Source: an uncultured Actinomycetes bacterium (GTDB lineage Bacteria > Actinomycetota > Thermoleophilia > Gaiellales > JAICJC01). Taken from it: a DNA stretch of 64,000 bases. The notes beneath the pieces are model-generated. The model was not told the origin of the DNA. It searched no databases and saw only the letters and a list, made by a program, of their open reading frames with translations. The translations under genes and the position numbers were made by a program. Position 1 is the stretch's first letter, and each line of letters opens with the position of its first letter. The stretch is from assembly GCA_963811675.1 (NCBI GenBank), contig CAWESH010000007.1, forward strand, positions 164,784-228,783, given 5' to 3'. Positions 28,625 to 38,859 of the stretch are shown one piece after another.

Positions 28625-30009
28625 GGGGGCGAGAAGGGGGCTGCGCCGGCATCCACGATCACGGAGCCGAGTATGGCTGCGCGGCCGGTCTCGAGGCTGG
28701 GGCGCAGGTGCTCGAGCGCGGCAGGTGACGTGCCTGGGTCGGTCACGGCGATGACGATACCGTGTGCGCGGCGGGCGATCAGCCTGGCGTCGGTGTGGTC
28801 GGGCGTGTCGGGTGCGACCAGCAGGGTGTAGTCGGCCAGCGGTTCGAGTACGTCCAGCGTCTCGGCGAACGATTTCCCGGTCAGTAGCAGGGCTGGGTCA
28901 GACGCCCCCGCCATCCCCGCAGGGAACAGCTGCAAGCTGCCGTTTGCGCCTGCGGCCAGGGGGATCGGGTGCAGCGCTGATCCGAGATCGTAGAGCTCCC
29001 CGGCGAGGGCGTCGGCGAAGCCGGGGGACGGGTTCGAACCGAACGCCTCGTGCAGCACCGGGTGGCGCATGTCCGCGTCGATCAGGATCACACGCCGGCC
29101 GATCTCGCCGAGGCCGACGGCCAGCCGAGCCGCAGCCGCGACCGCCGGCCGGCCCCGTCCCGCCCCAGTGACCACGATCACCCGTGCCAGCGCCGAGGCC
29201 GACACGTCGTCGAGTATCAGTGCGATCGCCCGCGACGATGCCGGGTCGGCTTTCGCCGGGAACCGCCCGAGTGTTCTGCAGCCGAGCCGTTCACCCAGCT
29301 CCGACTCGTCGATGCGATGTTCGAGCCGATCGACCGCTAACGCTGCCAGCGCGCCCAGCACCAGTCCGGCGACGGCAGCCAGAATCACGAGCTGGTATCC
29401 CGGGAGATTCGCGTCCGAAGCGTCCGTGGCGGGCTGAGTGATCTGTACGCCGCCGTCGGTTCCGGCGGCCAGCAGCTCCAGCTTGCGCTGTTGCGCCAGC
29501 AGCTCCTGGGTGCGGGCCGGGGATGGGGTGGCGGCCAGCTGGGCGGCGACAGTCGCCGCCGCCACCATGATCTCGTTGCGAGCCTGGGCGCGGGCCCGCT
29601 GCACCACCGCCGCTGCGTAGGCGTTGGCGATCTGGCGGGCATCGGTGGCGTCCGGAGCGGTCGCTGTCACGGTCATGATGTCCAGGCTGGGCGAGGCCGA
29701 CACCGTCACTGCAGCACGGATATCGGCGGCGCTGAAGCGGCCGTGCAGGAGCCGCGATGCCACATCTGCAACGGCCGGCTCAGAGGCCAGCTTGGCCTGG
29801 GTGACGAGCACCTGGGCCTGGGTTTGGAACGGTGGTTTCACCTGGGGCCCGTACGCCCCGGAGAGGAATCCGGTGGCCACCAGCAGGTCGGCGTGGGAGC
29901 GAAACGATGCGGGCCGCAGCGCCGCGAATACCGCTGTGGCACCGGCTGCCAGCAGCGTGATTGCAGCAATCACCCCCAGATGACGTCGGAGCGCTTGCAT
30001 CCCCTCCAA
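28621..30009 (-). CDS. Wzz/Wzc-like polysaccharide co-polymerase with degenerate kinase domain
   Basis: N-terminal TM, A..IANAYA, second TM, then VILIDADMRHP (Walker A') and ILGSVI terminus. Confidence 0.8.
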   Translation of the reverse strand: MEGMQALRRHLGVIAAITLLAAGATAVFAALRPASFRSHADLLVATGFLSGAYGPQVKPPFQTQAQVLVTQAKLASEPAVADVASRLLHGRFSAADIRAAVTVSASPSLDIMTVTATAPDATDARQIANAYAAAVVQRARAQARNEIMVAAATVAAQLAATPSPARTQELLAQQRKLELLAAGTDGGVQITQPATDASDANLPGYQLVILAAVAGLVLGALAALAVDRLEHRIDESELGERLGCRTLGRFPAKADPASSRAIALILDDVSASALARVIVVTGAGRGRPAVAAAARLAVGLGEIGRRVILIDADMRHPVLHEAFGSNPSPGFADALAGELYDLGSALHPIPLAAGANGSLQLFPAGMAGASDPALLLTGKSFAETLDVLEPLADYTLLVAPDTPDHTDARLIARRAHGIVIAVTDPGTSPAALEHLRPSLETGRAAILGSVIVDAGAAPFSPP

Positions 30010-30030
30010 TAGCCTACTCCGGTGATGGCG

Positions 30031-31401
30031 TCAGAGATACCCGAGGGCGCGCAGGGCGGCTTCGGTGTTGTGGTCATCACCCGTCACCGCAGGTGTGCCC
30101 GGGGCGGCTGCGAGATCGCTTGGCGCCAGCCGATCCAGCTGCTCGGCGAGGTCGGGATTCGGCCAGAGGTTCCGGATCTCAGTGGGATCAACGGTGAGGT
30201 CATAGGCCTCGTGGGCACCGTCCGATGCCCAGATCAGCTTGTGTCCGTCGTCGTGTACCACGGCCCGCAGCCTCCGATCGAGACGATCGAATGAGCCCCG
30301 CGGGTAACGCGCTCGCAGCCGCTCGATGGGCGGCTGGGCTTGGAGATAGGCGGCGGACACGCTGGTCCGCTGCGGTGGTTGACGGCCCTCTCCCACGAGC
30401 TCGAATACGTCTGACAGCGACACCAGGCCGGAGCTGCGCGAACCGGCGCCGGCCCGATCCGGTGCTCGCACCAGTAGCGGCACGTGCAGCACGGTTTGGT
30501 GCAGCGAGAACTGGTGATCCATCAGCCCGTGGTCGCACACGTTCTCGCCGTGATCAGCGGTGATCACGATCATCGTCGGTCGCCGGCTGACGCGGTCAAC
30601 GGCGGTCACCAGCCGCCCGACCTGTTCGTCTGACTGCCGCACCGAGGCGTGGTAGAGGGCCAGTAGCGCCGCCCGGTCGGGTGGCTCAGCGAGTCCCCCG
30701 GCGTACTCCCATGGGTGGGGAGACCGAGCCGGCGAGGCATCCACGGCAGCGCGATGCCGAGCGGGTGGCCGCCGCGGCAGGTGGGCGTCGAGCAGGTTGA
30801 TGAAGCCGAACACCGGTCGATCGCCCGCGGACGCGAATGCGTGCACCAGCCGGCGGGTCAGCTGTCCGCTGGCGCTGTGACCCGAGCGGCGTCGCGCGGC
30901 CATCGCCGCGGCAGGGACGGCCGAGACGATGGCCGCGGGACCGGCGGCGGCGATCCGGCGGGCGCGGTCGGCTGCACTCACTCGTCCGGTTCGCAGAGCG
31001 TCGCTGGTGAGGTCGGGCAGGGATCCCGCCCGCCAGCTCTCGATGAAGCTGTCGAACCCGCGGCCGAACCCGAATGCCTGACCTACCCAGGGATTGGCCG
31101 AGGCGGCCACGGTGGCGTAGCCGCGTTCGCGCAGGTGCTCGGCCAGCGTCGGGGTGGCGACCTGGTCGAGCGACCAGCGGTCGGTTCCGACGCGGTGGTC
31201 GTCGGCGTCCAGGCCGGTGAACATCGAGGCGTGCGAGGGAAGTGTCCAGCACGACGTCGCATGCGCCCGCTCGTAGGTACAGGCGGTCTCAGCGAACTCA
31301 CGCAGAAACGGCGAGGTGGGGCGGTCGCAGCCATACACCTCGAGGCTCGATGCCCGCACCGCGTCCATCACCACCAGCAGCAGATTCGGGGGGCCGGTCA
31401 T
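30031..31401 (-). CDS. sulfatase-like alkaline-phosphatase-superfamily protein
   Basis: PNLLLVVMDAVRA, WTLPSHASMFTG, DAHLP, TADHGE, H..LHVPL, YDL..DP.E, LRALGYL. Confidence 0.85.
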   Translation of the reverse strand: MTGPPNLLLVVMDAVRASSLEVYGCDRPTSPFLREFAETACTYERAHATSCWTLPSHASMFTGLDADDHRVGTDRWSLDQVATPTLAEHLRERGYATVAASANPWVGQAFGFGRGFDSFIESWRAGSLPDLTSDALRTGRVSAADRARRIAAAGPAAIVSAVPAAAMAARRRSGHSASGQLTRRLVHAFASAGDRPVFGFINLLDAHLPRRPPARHRAAVDASPARSPHPWEYAGGLAEPPDRAALLALYHASVRQSDEQVGRLVTAVDRVSRRPTMIVITADHGENVCDHGLMDHQFSLHQTVLHVPLLVRAPDRAGAGSRSSGLVSLSDVFELVGEGRQPPQRTSVSAAYLQAQPPIERLRARYPRGSFDRLDRRLRAVVHDDGHKLIWASDGAHEAYDLTVDPTEIRNLWPNPDLAEQLDRLAPSDLAAAPGTPAVTGDDHNTEAALRALGYL

Positions 31402-32517
31402 GCCCGCAGCGGCGTGACCACTCGGGGCGCGGCGCCGTCCATCACAGCATCGATCTCGGCCGCCATCTCGGAGACGAAGCGGGTAGCGGCAAACGGTGCG
31501 GCTGCGGCCGCCTGCCGCCCCGCCGGAAAGTCGCGGGACTCCAGCCGTCGAATCGCGGCCACCGCGGCGGCCACATGCGGTTGGCCGAAAAGGATCCCGG
31601 TGTGTTCGTCGGTGACGGTCTCGGTGACGCCTCCGCGACCGAGTGCCACCACCGCCGCGCCGGCAGCCATGGCCTCCACCGCGGCGATTCCAAAGTCCTC
31701 CTCGGCGCCCACGATCAGCGCGCGGCAGCGCTCCATCAGCAGCTCCACCTGGGCATCGGAACGGCTCCCCAGGAAGCTCACCGTGGGGCCGGCCAGCGCC
31801 CGCAGCCGGGGAAGTGCAGGGCCGCTTCCGACCACCAGCAGACGGCGGCGCAGGTGCGTGCAGGCCTCCACGGCCAGGTCGATCCGCTTGTAGTCCAAAA
31901 GCCGCGAGACGACCAGATAGAATTCCTCGCGGGGACGGTCGCAGCGGAACCGTTCGACCGCCACCGGCGGGTGGACGACCGACGCCTCGATCTGGTAGCA
32001 GCGACGGATGCGGGCCGCGATCGCGGCCGAGTTGGCGATGTAGTGGGTGGCGGCTCGGGCGCATTCCACGTCGCGGGCGCGCAACCGCGCCTAGCAACGG
32101 CTCGAGGGCGCCGCGGGCGTGGCGCAGCCGGCTCCCTTGGAAGTACTCGGCGCCCCGCCACAGCCATCGCGCCGGGGTGTGGCAGTACACGATCGACGGC
32201 ACGTTCAGGCGGGGAATCACCCCGTGCGACCAGCCGCTGGAGCTGCACAGGACGATCTCTGCCGGGGGCAGTGGCACCTCGGCGAACGCGCGCGAGTACA
32301 GCGGCATCAGCGCCCGGAAGCTGCGCTGGTCGACCGGCAGGCGCTGCAGCGAGCTGGTGTGCAGGCGGGCGCCGTAGCGGCGGCGGTACTCGGGGCCGGC
32401 CAGGGAGGTCACCAGCGGGGAGCGCGGGTAGGCCGACATCAGCACGTCCACCACCCGCTCGGCACCGCCGTGCTGGAGCAGGTAGTCGTGCACGATCAGT
32501 GGCTGCGGGCCGGTCAT
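31398..32517 (-). CDS. GT4 glycosyltransferase (frameshift near 32090)
   Basis: VHDYL..GGAERV, YCHTPAR, IANS, VHPPV, SRL..YKR.DL, EEDFGI..VEAMAAG. Confidence 0.88.
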
Positions 32518-33200
32518 CGCTCTGCGCTCTCGGCGGCGACGCGCGAGCCTCGGGCCACCAGCATCAGGGTGAGGTGGACGAGGTTGAACGCCGTGGCGAC
32601 CCACAGGCCGATCACCGGCACCGTCAGGATCGGGCCGAGCGTGAACACCGCGGCCTCGGCGTCCACGGTCGAGCCGGGTGAGCCCAGCCGGCGCGGGGCG
32701 GCCCGCAACATCGCCACCGCCGAGGCCTTCACCACCAGCGGCGGCGCGGGCGGGCGCTCACGCGGCCATGCCCGGCCGGTCAGGATCACGCCCGCGTGCA
32801 ACACCGGGTAGGCGGCCAGTGCCAGCACCGTCGATCGAGTCAGGTCGGCGCGGCCCGCCACCCACCACGCGAACCCGGCGTAGCAGACCGTCATGCGGAT
32901 CGCGTCCGAGGCCGCGTCCAGCCAGGCTCCATAGGCCGAACTCGAGCGCCGTAGGTGGGCGAGCTTGCCGTCCATGCAGTCGAACAGGAATGCGAGCTGA
33001 AACAGGAGCGCCGCTGCGATCGCATCCGAGCGCACCCACTCGACTGCCGACAGTGACGCGACCAGCACCGAGGCGACGGTGATGCGGTTGGGTGTGATAG
33101 AGCGCACAGATGCGCAGGTGCGCAGCAACGGCGCCGCCACGGGATCCACCACCAATACCGTCCACCAGGCGTCACGTGGCTTGAGCGTGAGTTCGGTCAT
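32514..33200 (-). CDS. CDP-alcohol phosphatidyltransferase family
   Basis: ITPN.IT; D..DG..A......G..LD...D motif (FDCMDGKLA...YGAWLDAASD). Confidence 0.88.
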   Translation of the reverse strand: MTELTLKPRDAWWTVLVVDPVAAPLLRTCASVRSITPNRITVASVLVASLSAVEWVRSDAIAAALLFQLAFLFDCMDGKLAHLRRSSSAYGAWLDAASDAIRMTVCYAGFAWWVAGRADLTRSTVLALAAYPVLHAGVILTGRAWPRERPPAPPLVVKASAVAMLRAAPRRLGSPGSTVDAEAAVFTLGPILTVPVIGLWVATAFNLVHLTLMLVARGSRVAAESAER

Positions 33201-34309
33201 GCCGCCTCGACCGCCGCCAGCCAGTCGTCAAAACGCTCGGCATAGGCCGCGGCCGAAAATCGCTGCTGCGCCCGGGTACGGGCCTCCCACTGCATGGCCG
33301 CGAGGGTGCCCGGGTGCGAGAGCTGGGTGATCAGGTCGGCTGCCGCCGCGGGGTCGGGCGAGCGCGTCAGCAGCCCGGTGCGGCCGTGTTCGACGATCTC
33401 GGCGATGCCGCCGTGATCTCGCCCGATCACCGGCAGCGACCATGCCTGGGCCTCCAGCACGACGGTGGGCAGGGGATCCGGCGCGGTGGGCAGATGCAGC
33501 AGTCCGTCTGCGTTGCGCAGGTGGGCGGTGGGGTCGGCAACCCGGCCGTGCCACCTGACCGCATCGTCCAGCCCGAGGCGATGGCTGATCGCGCGGAGCT
33601 GCGCGGCATAGCCGGTTTCGTGGAAGATCTCAGCTCCGACCACGTCCAGAGTCACAGCCGTACCGTCGGCGCGGGCGGCGGCCACGGCCTCGAGTGCGTC
33701 CGCGACGCCTTTCCACGGGGTCAGCTGGGAGATGGTCAGCAGGCGCAGCGGGCCGGTGTGGCCGGCTGTTCGCGGTTCGCCCAGCTCAACCCCGTTGTGA
33801 AACCATCGCACCCGCGGCAGGTCGGCGGTTCGGGCCGCGTGAGCGGCTGCGCGCGAGACGGCGGCGGTGGATGCGGCGGTGGTGCCCGCCAGGCGCATGA
33901 GCGTGGTCGCCGCGGGGCTGAGCGATCCGGCTCCGAGCGTGTCGTGCAGGCGCATCCCGACTGGGCGGCCGGTGGCGGCGATGGCCGGTGCCAGCGCGTG
34001 GGCTTTCATGCTGTTGGTGATCACCGCCCGTTCGCCGCTTCGGCGAATGTGTGCCAGGATGGCCGGGAGGTGCGCGGTTGTGCGCCCGCCGGTGGTGAGC
34101 GCCTCCGCGACGGTCAGGGTGCGACCCGGATCGTCCTGCCGGAAGACCGGCAGCGTGGTCACCTCGGCTCCCGCCGCGGCGAACAGCCGGGGACACTCGC
34201 CGTCGCTCAGCACCAACACGCGATGCTGCCCCGGTCGCAGCCGCAGGTAGGTTGCCAGCACAGTCTCGGCTCCACCGGCCACCGACGAGTGAGTGACGAA
34301 CAGGGCCAT
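33197..34309 (-). CDS. GT4 glycosyltransferase
   Basis: GGAE, NGV, QLTPWKG, DPLPTVVLEA, GGIAEIV..G.TG. Confidence 0.88.
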   Translation of the reverse strand: MALFVTHSSVAGGAETVLATYLRLRPGQHRVLVLSDGECPRLFAAAGAEVTTLPVFRQDDPGRTLTVAEALTTGGRTTAHLPAILAHIRRSGERAVITNSMKAHALAPAIAATGRPVGMRLHDTLGAGSLSPAATTLMRLAGTTAASTAAVSRAAAHAARTADLPRVRWFHNGVELGEPRTAGHTGPLRLLTISQLTPWKGVADALEAVAAARADGTAVTLDVVGAEIFHETGYAAQLRAISHRLGLDDAVRWHGRVADPTAHLRNADGLLHLPTAPDPLPTVVLEAQAWSLPVIGRDHGGIAEIVEHGRTGLLTRSPDPAAAADLITQLSHPGTLAAMQWEARTRAQQRFSAAAYAERFDDWLAAVEAA

Positions 34310-35299
34310 CTAGGAATCTCTGCGGCGACGCGCCCATCTGCGCGTGACCGCCGGAGCGTGCCGATGGCCGGCCCGCCGGGCTCCACGCCGCATCCCGCGC
34401 GCTCCCAGATAGGTTCGCGCCTGCAGGTTCGACGTCAGTTTCCTCAGCCGTCGGGTGGGCACGTTGGCAAGCAGGTAGCCGCAGTCGGCCAGCTGCTGCC
34501 CGGCGACCGACTCGAACGCGGCCACGTCCTTGTCGGTGAGTTCCCGGCGCCAATCGCGTGCGCCGGGGTCGAGTGGTTCTCGCACCCGGCTGAACTCATC
34601 GGTGTCTGCCATCCGTACTCGATCGTGGTACTCGACCACCGACGTGTCGCGCTCGATCCCCAGGAAGTCACACAAACCGGCGATCGTCTGCTGCGGGCGC
34701 CGCACCAGCTGCTCGTAGTGGACTTCGGTGTAGCGCTCGCCCAGCTCGCTTCCGGCCTCCCGCCCGCGCGACACCGCGGACTGCCACCAGGCCGCTGCCG
34801 CCGCGGCCGTGGGGGCCACCCAACGCCGTCCGTCGGCGGCCAGGGCGAGGTGCGAGCAGGCCACGTCGCGGCCGTCGCGGATCACGTGGATCACCCGCAG
34901 GTCGGGCCACAGGTCGCGCAGCTGGTCGAGGATAAACACGTAGTGCGGGGTCTTGTCGCCCCACAGCCGTTTGCCCTCCGAATCGGCGTACACCGAGAAG
35001 AATCCCCCCAGTGTCTCGGCCAGCGAGCCCGGCTGGGAGGCCACCACCTTTGCGGCCGCGCCTCCAGGGTCGAGGCCCCAGCTGCGAAAGTGGGCGTCTC
35101 GGGCGACGTCGGCTGCCACCGACGAGACGATCCCCGGCGTCCAGCTGCGGCGGGCGTAGCGATGCCCGAGGTACCCCAGGAAGTGCGATTCCGGCGGGAT
35201 CGCCAGCTCAGGGTGGGCGCCCAGCATCGATCGCACCAGAGTGGTGCCGCTGCGCGCGGCGCCGACGATGAATACAGGTGAGGGCGTCGCGTCCGTCAG
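34310..35299 (-). CDS. PAPS-dependent sulfotransferase (start approximate)
   Basis: VFIVGAARSGTTL (5'PSB), L..HP, WGDKTP, IHVIRDGRDVA.S (3'PB), VHYEQLV..P. Confidence 0.9.
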   Translation of the reverse strand: MTDATPSPVFIVGAARSGTTLVRSMLGAHPELAIPPESHFLGYLGHRYARRSWTPGIVSSVAADVARDAHFRSWGLDPGGAAAKVVASQPGSLAETLGGFFSVYADSEGKRLWGDKTPHYVFILDQLRDLWPDLRVIHVIRDGRDVACSHLALAADGRRWVAPTAAAAAAWWQSAVSRGREAGSELGERYTEVHYEQLVRRPQQTIAGLCDFLGIERDTSVVEYHDRVRMADTDEFSRVREPLDPGARDWRRELTDKDVAAFESVAGQQLADCGYLLANVPTRRLRKLTSNLQARTYLGARGMRRGARRAGHRHAPAVTRRWARRRRDS

Positions 35300-35327
35300 G
35301 TCATAAAGTGTAAGCCCGCGAGCCCGG

Positions 35328-36317
35328 TCACGCGTCCGACACGTCGAAGCCCATGCGCTGCTTGATGGTCGCGAGGGTGGGCGCGGCCACCGCTTGAGCC
35401 TGCTCGGCACCGGCTTTCAGCGTCGATCGCAGCTGCGACTCGTCGGCTCGCAGTTCGGTGTACCGCTCACGGATCGGGTCGAGCATCGCCACCACCGCAT
35501 CGGCCACATCGCCCTTGAACTGGCCGTATCCGGCCCCGTCGTAGTCGCTCTCGATCTGGTCGGCGGTCGTGTCCGAGGCGATCGAGAGGATCTCGATCAG
35601 GTTGGCGATGCCCTCCTTGCCCTCTCCCCGGCGCACCTCCCGGCCGGAGTCGGTGACAGCCGAGCGGATCTTCTTGGCGACCACATCGGCAGGGTCGGTG
35701 AGCAGCACCGTGCCCTGGGGATTACCGCCGGTGGTGGACATCTTCTTGGCCGGCTGCTGGAGATCCATCACGCGCCCGCCGGTGGACGGGATCGCCGCTT
35801 CCGGCACCGTGAAGGTCTCGCCGTAGCGCGCATTGAATCGCTGGGCGATGTTTCGGGTCAGCTCGATGTGCTGGCGCTGGTCGTCTCCCACCGGCACGCG
35901 GTCGGCCTGGTACAGCAGGATGTCGGCAGCCTGCAGCACCGGATAGGTGAAGAGGTCGGCCGCGACCGAGTCCTGGCCGTCGCTCTTGTCCTTGAACTGT
36001 GTCATCCGCCGTAGCTCACCGTAGGTGGCCAGCGCCCCCAGCAGCCAGGCGCCCTCGGCGTGCTCGTGCACATGGCTTTGGACAAACAGCGTGCACCGGT
36101 CCGGCTCGAGCCCGGCGGCCAGCAGGGTGGCGGCGGTGTCCAGCGTGTTCTCGCGCAGGGTGGCGTGGTCGTAGGGCTGCGAGATCGAGTGCAGGTCGAC
36201 CACGCAGTAGAAGGCCTCGCCCAGATCCTGGTCGGCGACGTAGTGGCGGATCGCACCGATGTAGTTGCCCAGGTGCTTGCGACCGGTTGGCTGAATCCCC
36301 GAAAACACGCGTGTCAT
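35328..36317 (-). CDS. trpS: tryptophan--tRNA ligase
   Basis: FSGIQPTG..HLGNY.GA, RMTQFKDK, YPVLQAADIL, VPVGDDQ.QH, KMS. Confidence 0.97.
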   Translation of the reverse strand: MTRVFSGIQPTGRKHLGNYIGAIRHYVADQDLGEAFYCVVDLHSISQPYDHATLRENTLDTAATLLAAGLEPDRCTLFVQSHVHEHAEGAWLLGALATYGELRRMTQFKDKSDGQDSVAADLFTYPVLQAADILLYQADRVPVGDDQRQHIELTRNIAQRFNARYGETFTVPEAAIPSTGGRVMDLQQPAKKMSTTGGNPQGTVLLTDPADVVAKKIRSAVTDSGREVRRGEGKEGIANLIEILSIASDTTADQIESDYDGAGYGQFKGDVADAVVAMLDPIRERYTELRADESQLRSTLKAGAEQAQAVAAPTLATIKQRMGFDVSDA

Positions 36318-36394
36318 GGTGCGGGATCGTATCGATCGGCCATGACCGTGTGCGGAGGGGAGCCGCCACCTCACTAGATAGACTGAAACCTCCC

Positions 36395-37771
36395 ATGGCT
36401 GCGACTTCCCCAACCTGGTCACCGTCTTCCTGGCGCTCTCGTGAGGCGCTGCATCAGCCGCTTTGGCCGGATCCCGCCGCCGCGCAGGCGGTCACCGACC
36501 GGCTCGGCTCATTCCCGCCGCTGGTCTTCGCCGGCGAGGCCCGCCAGCTGCGCGAGTCGCTGGCGGAGGTCGCCGCCGGTCGCGGCTTTCTGCTGCAGGC
36601 CGGTGACTGCGCCGAGTCGTTCGACGATTTTTCCGCCGTCTCGATCCGCGAGAAGCTCAAGATCATGCTGCAGATGGCGGCGGTGCTGACCTACGGATCG
36701 ATGCTGCCCGTGGTCAAGGTGGGCCGGATCGCGGGCCAGTTCGCCAAGCCCCGCTCGGCCGCGACTGAAGTGGTTGACGGAGTCGAGATCCCGACCTTCC
36801 GTGGCCACATGATGAACAGCGAGATCGCGACCGCCGATGCCCGCCGGTTCGATCCCGAGCGGATGCAGCGCGGCTACCACCAGTCGGCGGCCACCCTGAA
36901 CCTGCTGCGGGCATTCACCAAAGGCGGATTCGCCGACCTGACCAAGGTGCATCTGTGGAACCAGGAGTTCGTCGCGTCATCGCCGGAGGGCCGCCGCTAC
37001 GAGGTGATCGCCTCGGAGATCGCGCGGGCGCTGCGGTTCATGTCAGCCTGCGGCATCGACCTCGAATCGGAGCGCCAGCTGCACGAGGTGGACGTGTGGA
37101 CGAGCCACGAGGGCCTGCTGCTCGACTATGAGCAGAGCATGACCCGGCGCGACTCGCTGACCGGAGACTGGTACGACTGCTCGGCGCACATGCTGTGGAT
37201 CGGCGAGCGCACCCGTGGGCTGGACGGCGCCCACATCGAGTTTTTCTCTGGCGTTCACAACCCGATCGGGTGCAAGCTGGGCCCGGCGACCCTGCCGGGA
37301 GATGTGGCCGATCTGTGTGAGCAGCTGAATCCCGACCGGATACCGGGCCGGCTCACGTTGATCACGCGGATGGGCGCGGCTCGGGTCACCGAGGTGCTGC
37401 CGGGGCTGTTGCAGGCGGCCCGCGACGGCGGCCACCCGGTGGTGTGGGTGTGCGATCCGATGCACGCCAACGGGATCGTCACCGAGCACGGCATCAAGAC
37501 CCGCCGGTTTGAGGACGTGATGGGCGAGCTGCAGGCCTTCTTCGACGTCTGCAACAGCCTGGATGTGTGGCCGGGCGGCGTCCACCTGGAGTTCACCGGC
37601 GATCACGTGACCGAGTGCCTGGGTGGATCCGAGGCCGTGCTGGAGCAGCAGCTCGATCACAACTACTCGACTCTGTGTGACCCGCGCCTGAACGCTCGCC
37701 AGTCACTCGACCTGGCTTTTCGGCTGGCCGAGCTGATGCAGCGGGCCGTGCGCGCGGGCGACCCTCAATGA
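36395..37771 (+). CDS. aroF: class II DAHP synthase
   Basis: LLQAGDCAESF, GRIAGQFAKPRS, TSHEGLLL.YE, LWIGERTR, CDPMH.N, CDPRLN. Confidence 0.95.
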   Translation: MAATSPTWSPSSWRSREALHQPLWPDPAAAQAVTDRLGSFPPLVFAGEARQLRESLAEVAAGRGFLLQAGDCAESFDDFSAVSIREKLKIMLQMAAVLTYGSMLPVVKVGRIAGQFAKPRSAATEVVDGVEIPTFRGHMMNSEIATADARRFDPERMQRGYHQSAATLNLLRAFTKGGFADLTKVHLWNQEFVASSPEGRRYEVIASEIARALRFMSACGIDLESERQLHEVDVWTSHEGLLLDYEQSMTRRDSLTGDWYDCSAHMLWIGERTRGLDGAHIEFFSGVHNPIGCKLGPATLPGDVADLCEQLNPDRIPGRLTLITRMGAARVTEVLPGLLQAARDGGHPVVWVCDPMHANGIVTEHGIKTRRFEDVMGELQAFFDVCNSLDVWPGGVHLEFTGDHVTECLGGSEAVLEQQLDHNYSTLCDPRLNARQSLDLAFRLAELMQRAVRAGDPQ

Positions 37772-38859
37772 ACATCGCGATCGTTGGTCTGGGCCTGATC
37801 GGGGGCTCGATCGGCTTGGCGGCCTGTGCGCGGGGCGACCAGGTTGTGGCCTTCGACAACGATCCCGAGGCCGGCCGCGCGGGCCTCGAGGCGGGGGCCG
37901 CGACGTGGGTGGCAAACTCGCTGGGCGAGGCGGTCTCGACCGCTGACCTGACGTTTGTGTGCGGCCCGGTGGGAGGCCTGCCAGGCCTGGTCATCGAAGC
38001 GCTGGAGGCGGTGCCCGCCGGGGCGGCCGTGACCGACGTGGGCTCCACCAAGGGCCGGCTGGTGGCGGCGGTGGGCGACGCTCCCGGGTTCGTGGGCGGC
38101 CATCCCGTGTGTGGTTCCGAGGCCCGCGGTGTGGCCAACGCCCGCGCCGACCTGTTCGACGGTGCCACCTGGTTTCTCACCCCCGGGCCGGCCACCGACC
38201 CGGTGCGCCATCGCGCCGTACACGGATACGTCTCGGCATTGGGTGCCCGTCCGGTGGCGATCGACGCCGATGCCCACGACCGCCTGGTCGCGCTTACCAG
38301 CCACCTGCCGCACGCGCTGGCGAATCTGCTTGCAAACCAGGCCGGCGCGGGTCGCATCGACGGCCACGATCCGCTCACGGCGGTGGGTGGGTCGTTTCGC
38401 GACATGACCCGCGTGGCCGGCGCCAACCCGCGCATCTGGGTCGACATCTTCCTGGATAACCGGGCGGCGCTGCTGGACGGCCTGCGCGAGCACGGGCGCG
38501 CCATCGACACGCTGGTGCGGGCACTCGAGCGGGAGGATGCCGGGTACGTGGCGCGCTGGATCGCAGAGGCCTCCGGGCACCGGCGGCGGATGCTGGCCGA
38601 CGCCTACCGGCTGACTCCGGAGGAGCTGCATCGGGTGCGCATCCGGATCCCCGACCGGCCGGGTGCGATCTCGGGCATCACCCAGGCACTTGGCGCCGAG
38701 GGGATCAACATCGAGGATTTCGAGCTGCATCACCTGTCGACTGATGTGGGTGGCACGGTGGTGGTCGTGATTGCCGGTGCCGAGCACGCTGCCCGGGCAG
38801 TTGAGCTGCTCGATTCACAGGGGTACCAGGCGATCATCACCTCGGCGGTCGACGAGTGA
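37768..38859 (+). CDS. tyrA: prephenate dehydrogenase with C-terminal ACT domain
   Basis: GLGLIGGS, TDVGSTK, GGHP, HD...A..SHLPH, FRDMTRVA, PDRPG ACT. Confidence 0.93.
   Translation: MNIAIVGLGLIGGSIGLAACARGDQVVAFDNDPEAGRAGLEAGAATWVANSLGEAVSTADLTFVCGPVGGLPGLVIEALEAVPAGAAVTDVGSTKGRLVAAVGDAPGFVGGHPVCGSEARGVANARADLFDGATWFLTPGPATDPVRHRAVHGYVSALGARPVAIDADAHDRLVALTSHLPHALANLLANQAGAGRIDGHDPLTAVGGSFRDMTRVAGANPRIWVDIFLDNRAALLDGLREHGRAIDTLVRALEREDAGYVARWIAEASGHRRRMLADAYRLTPEELHRVRIRIPDRPGAISGITQALGAEGINIEDFELHHLSTDVGGTVVVVIAGAEHAARAVELLDSQGYQAIITSAVDE

Noticed and set aside
30031-32604. 857-aa glycosyltransferase-sulfatase fusion
   Set aside because: Artefact of an indel near 32090; the GT C-terminal half is in another frame and ends at an ATGA overlap with the sulfatase-like start.
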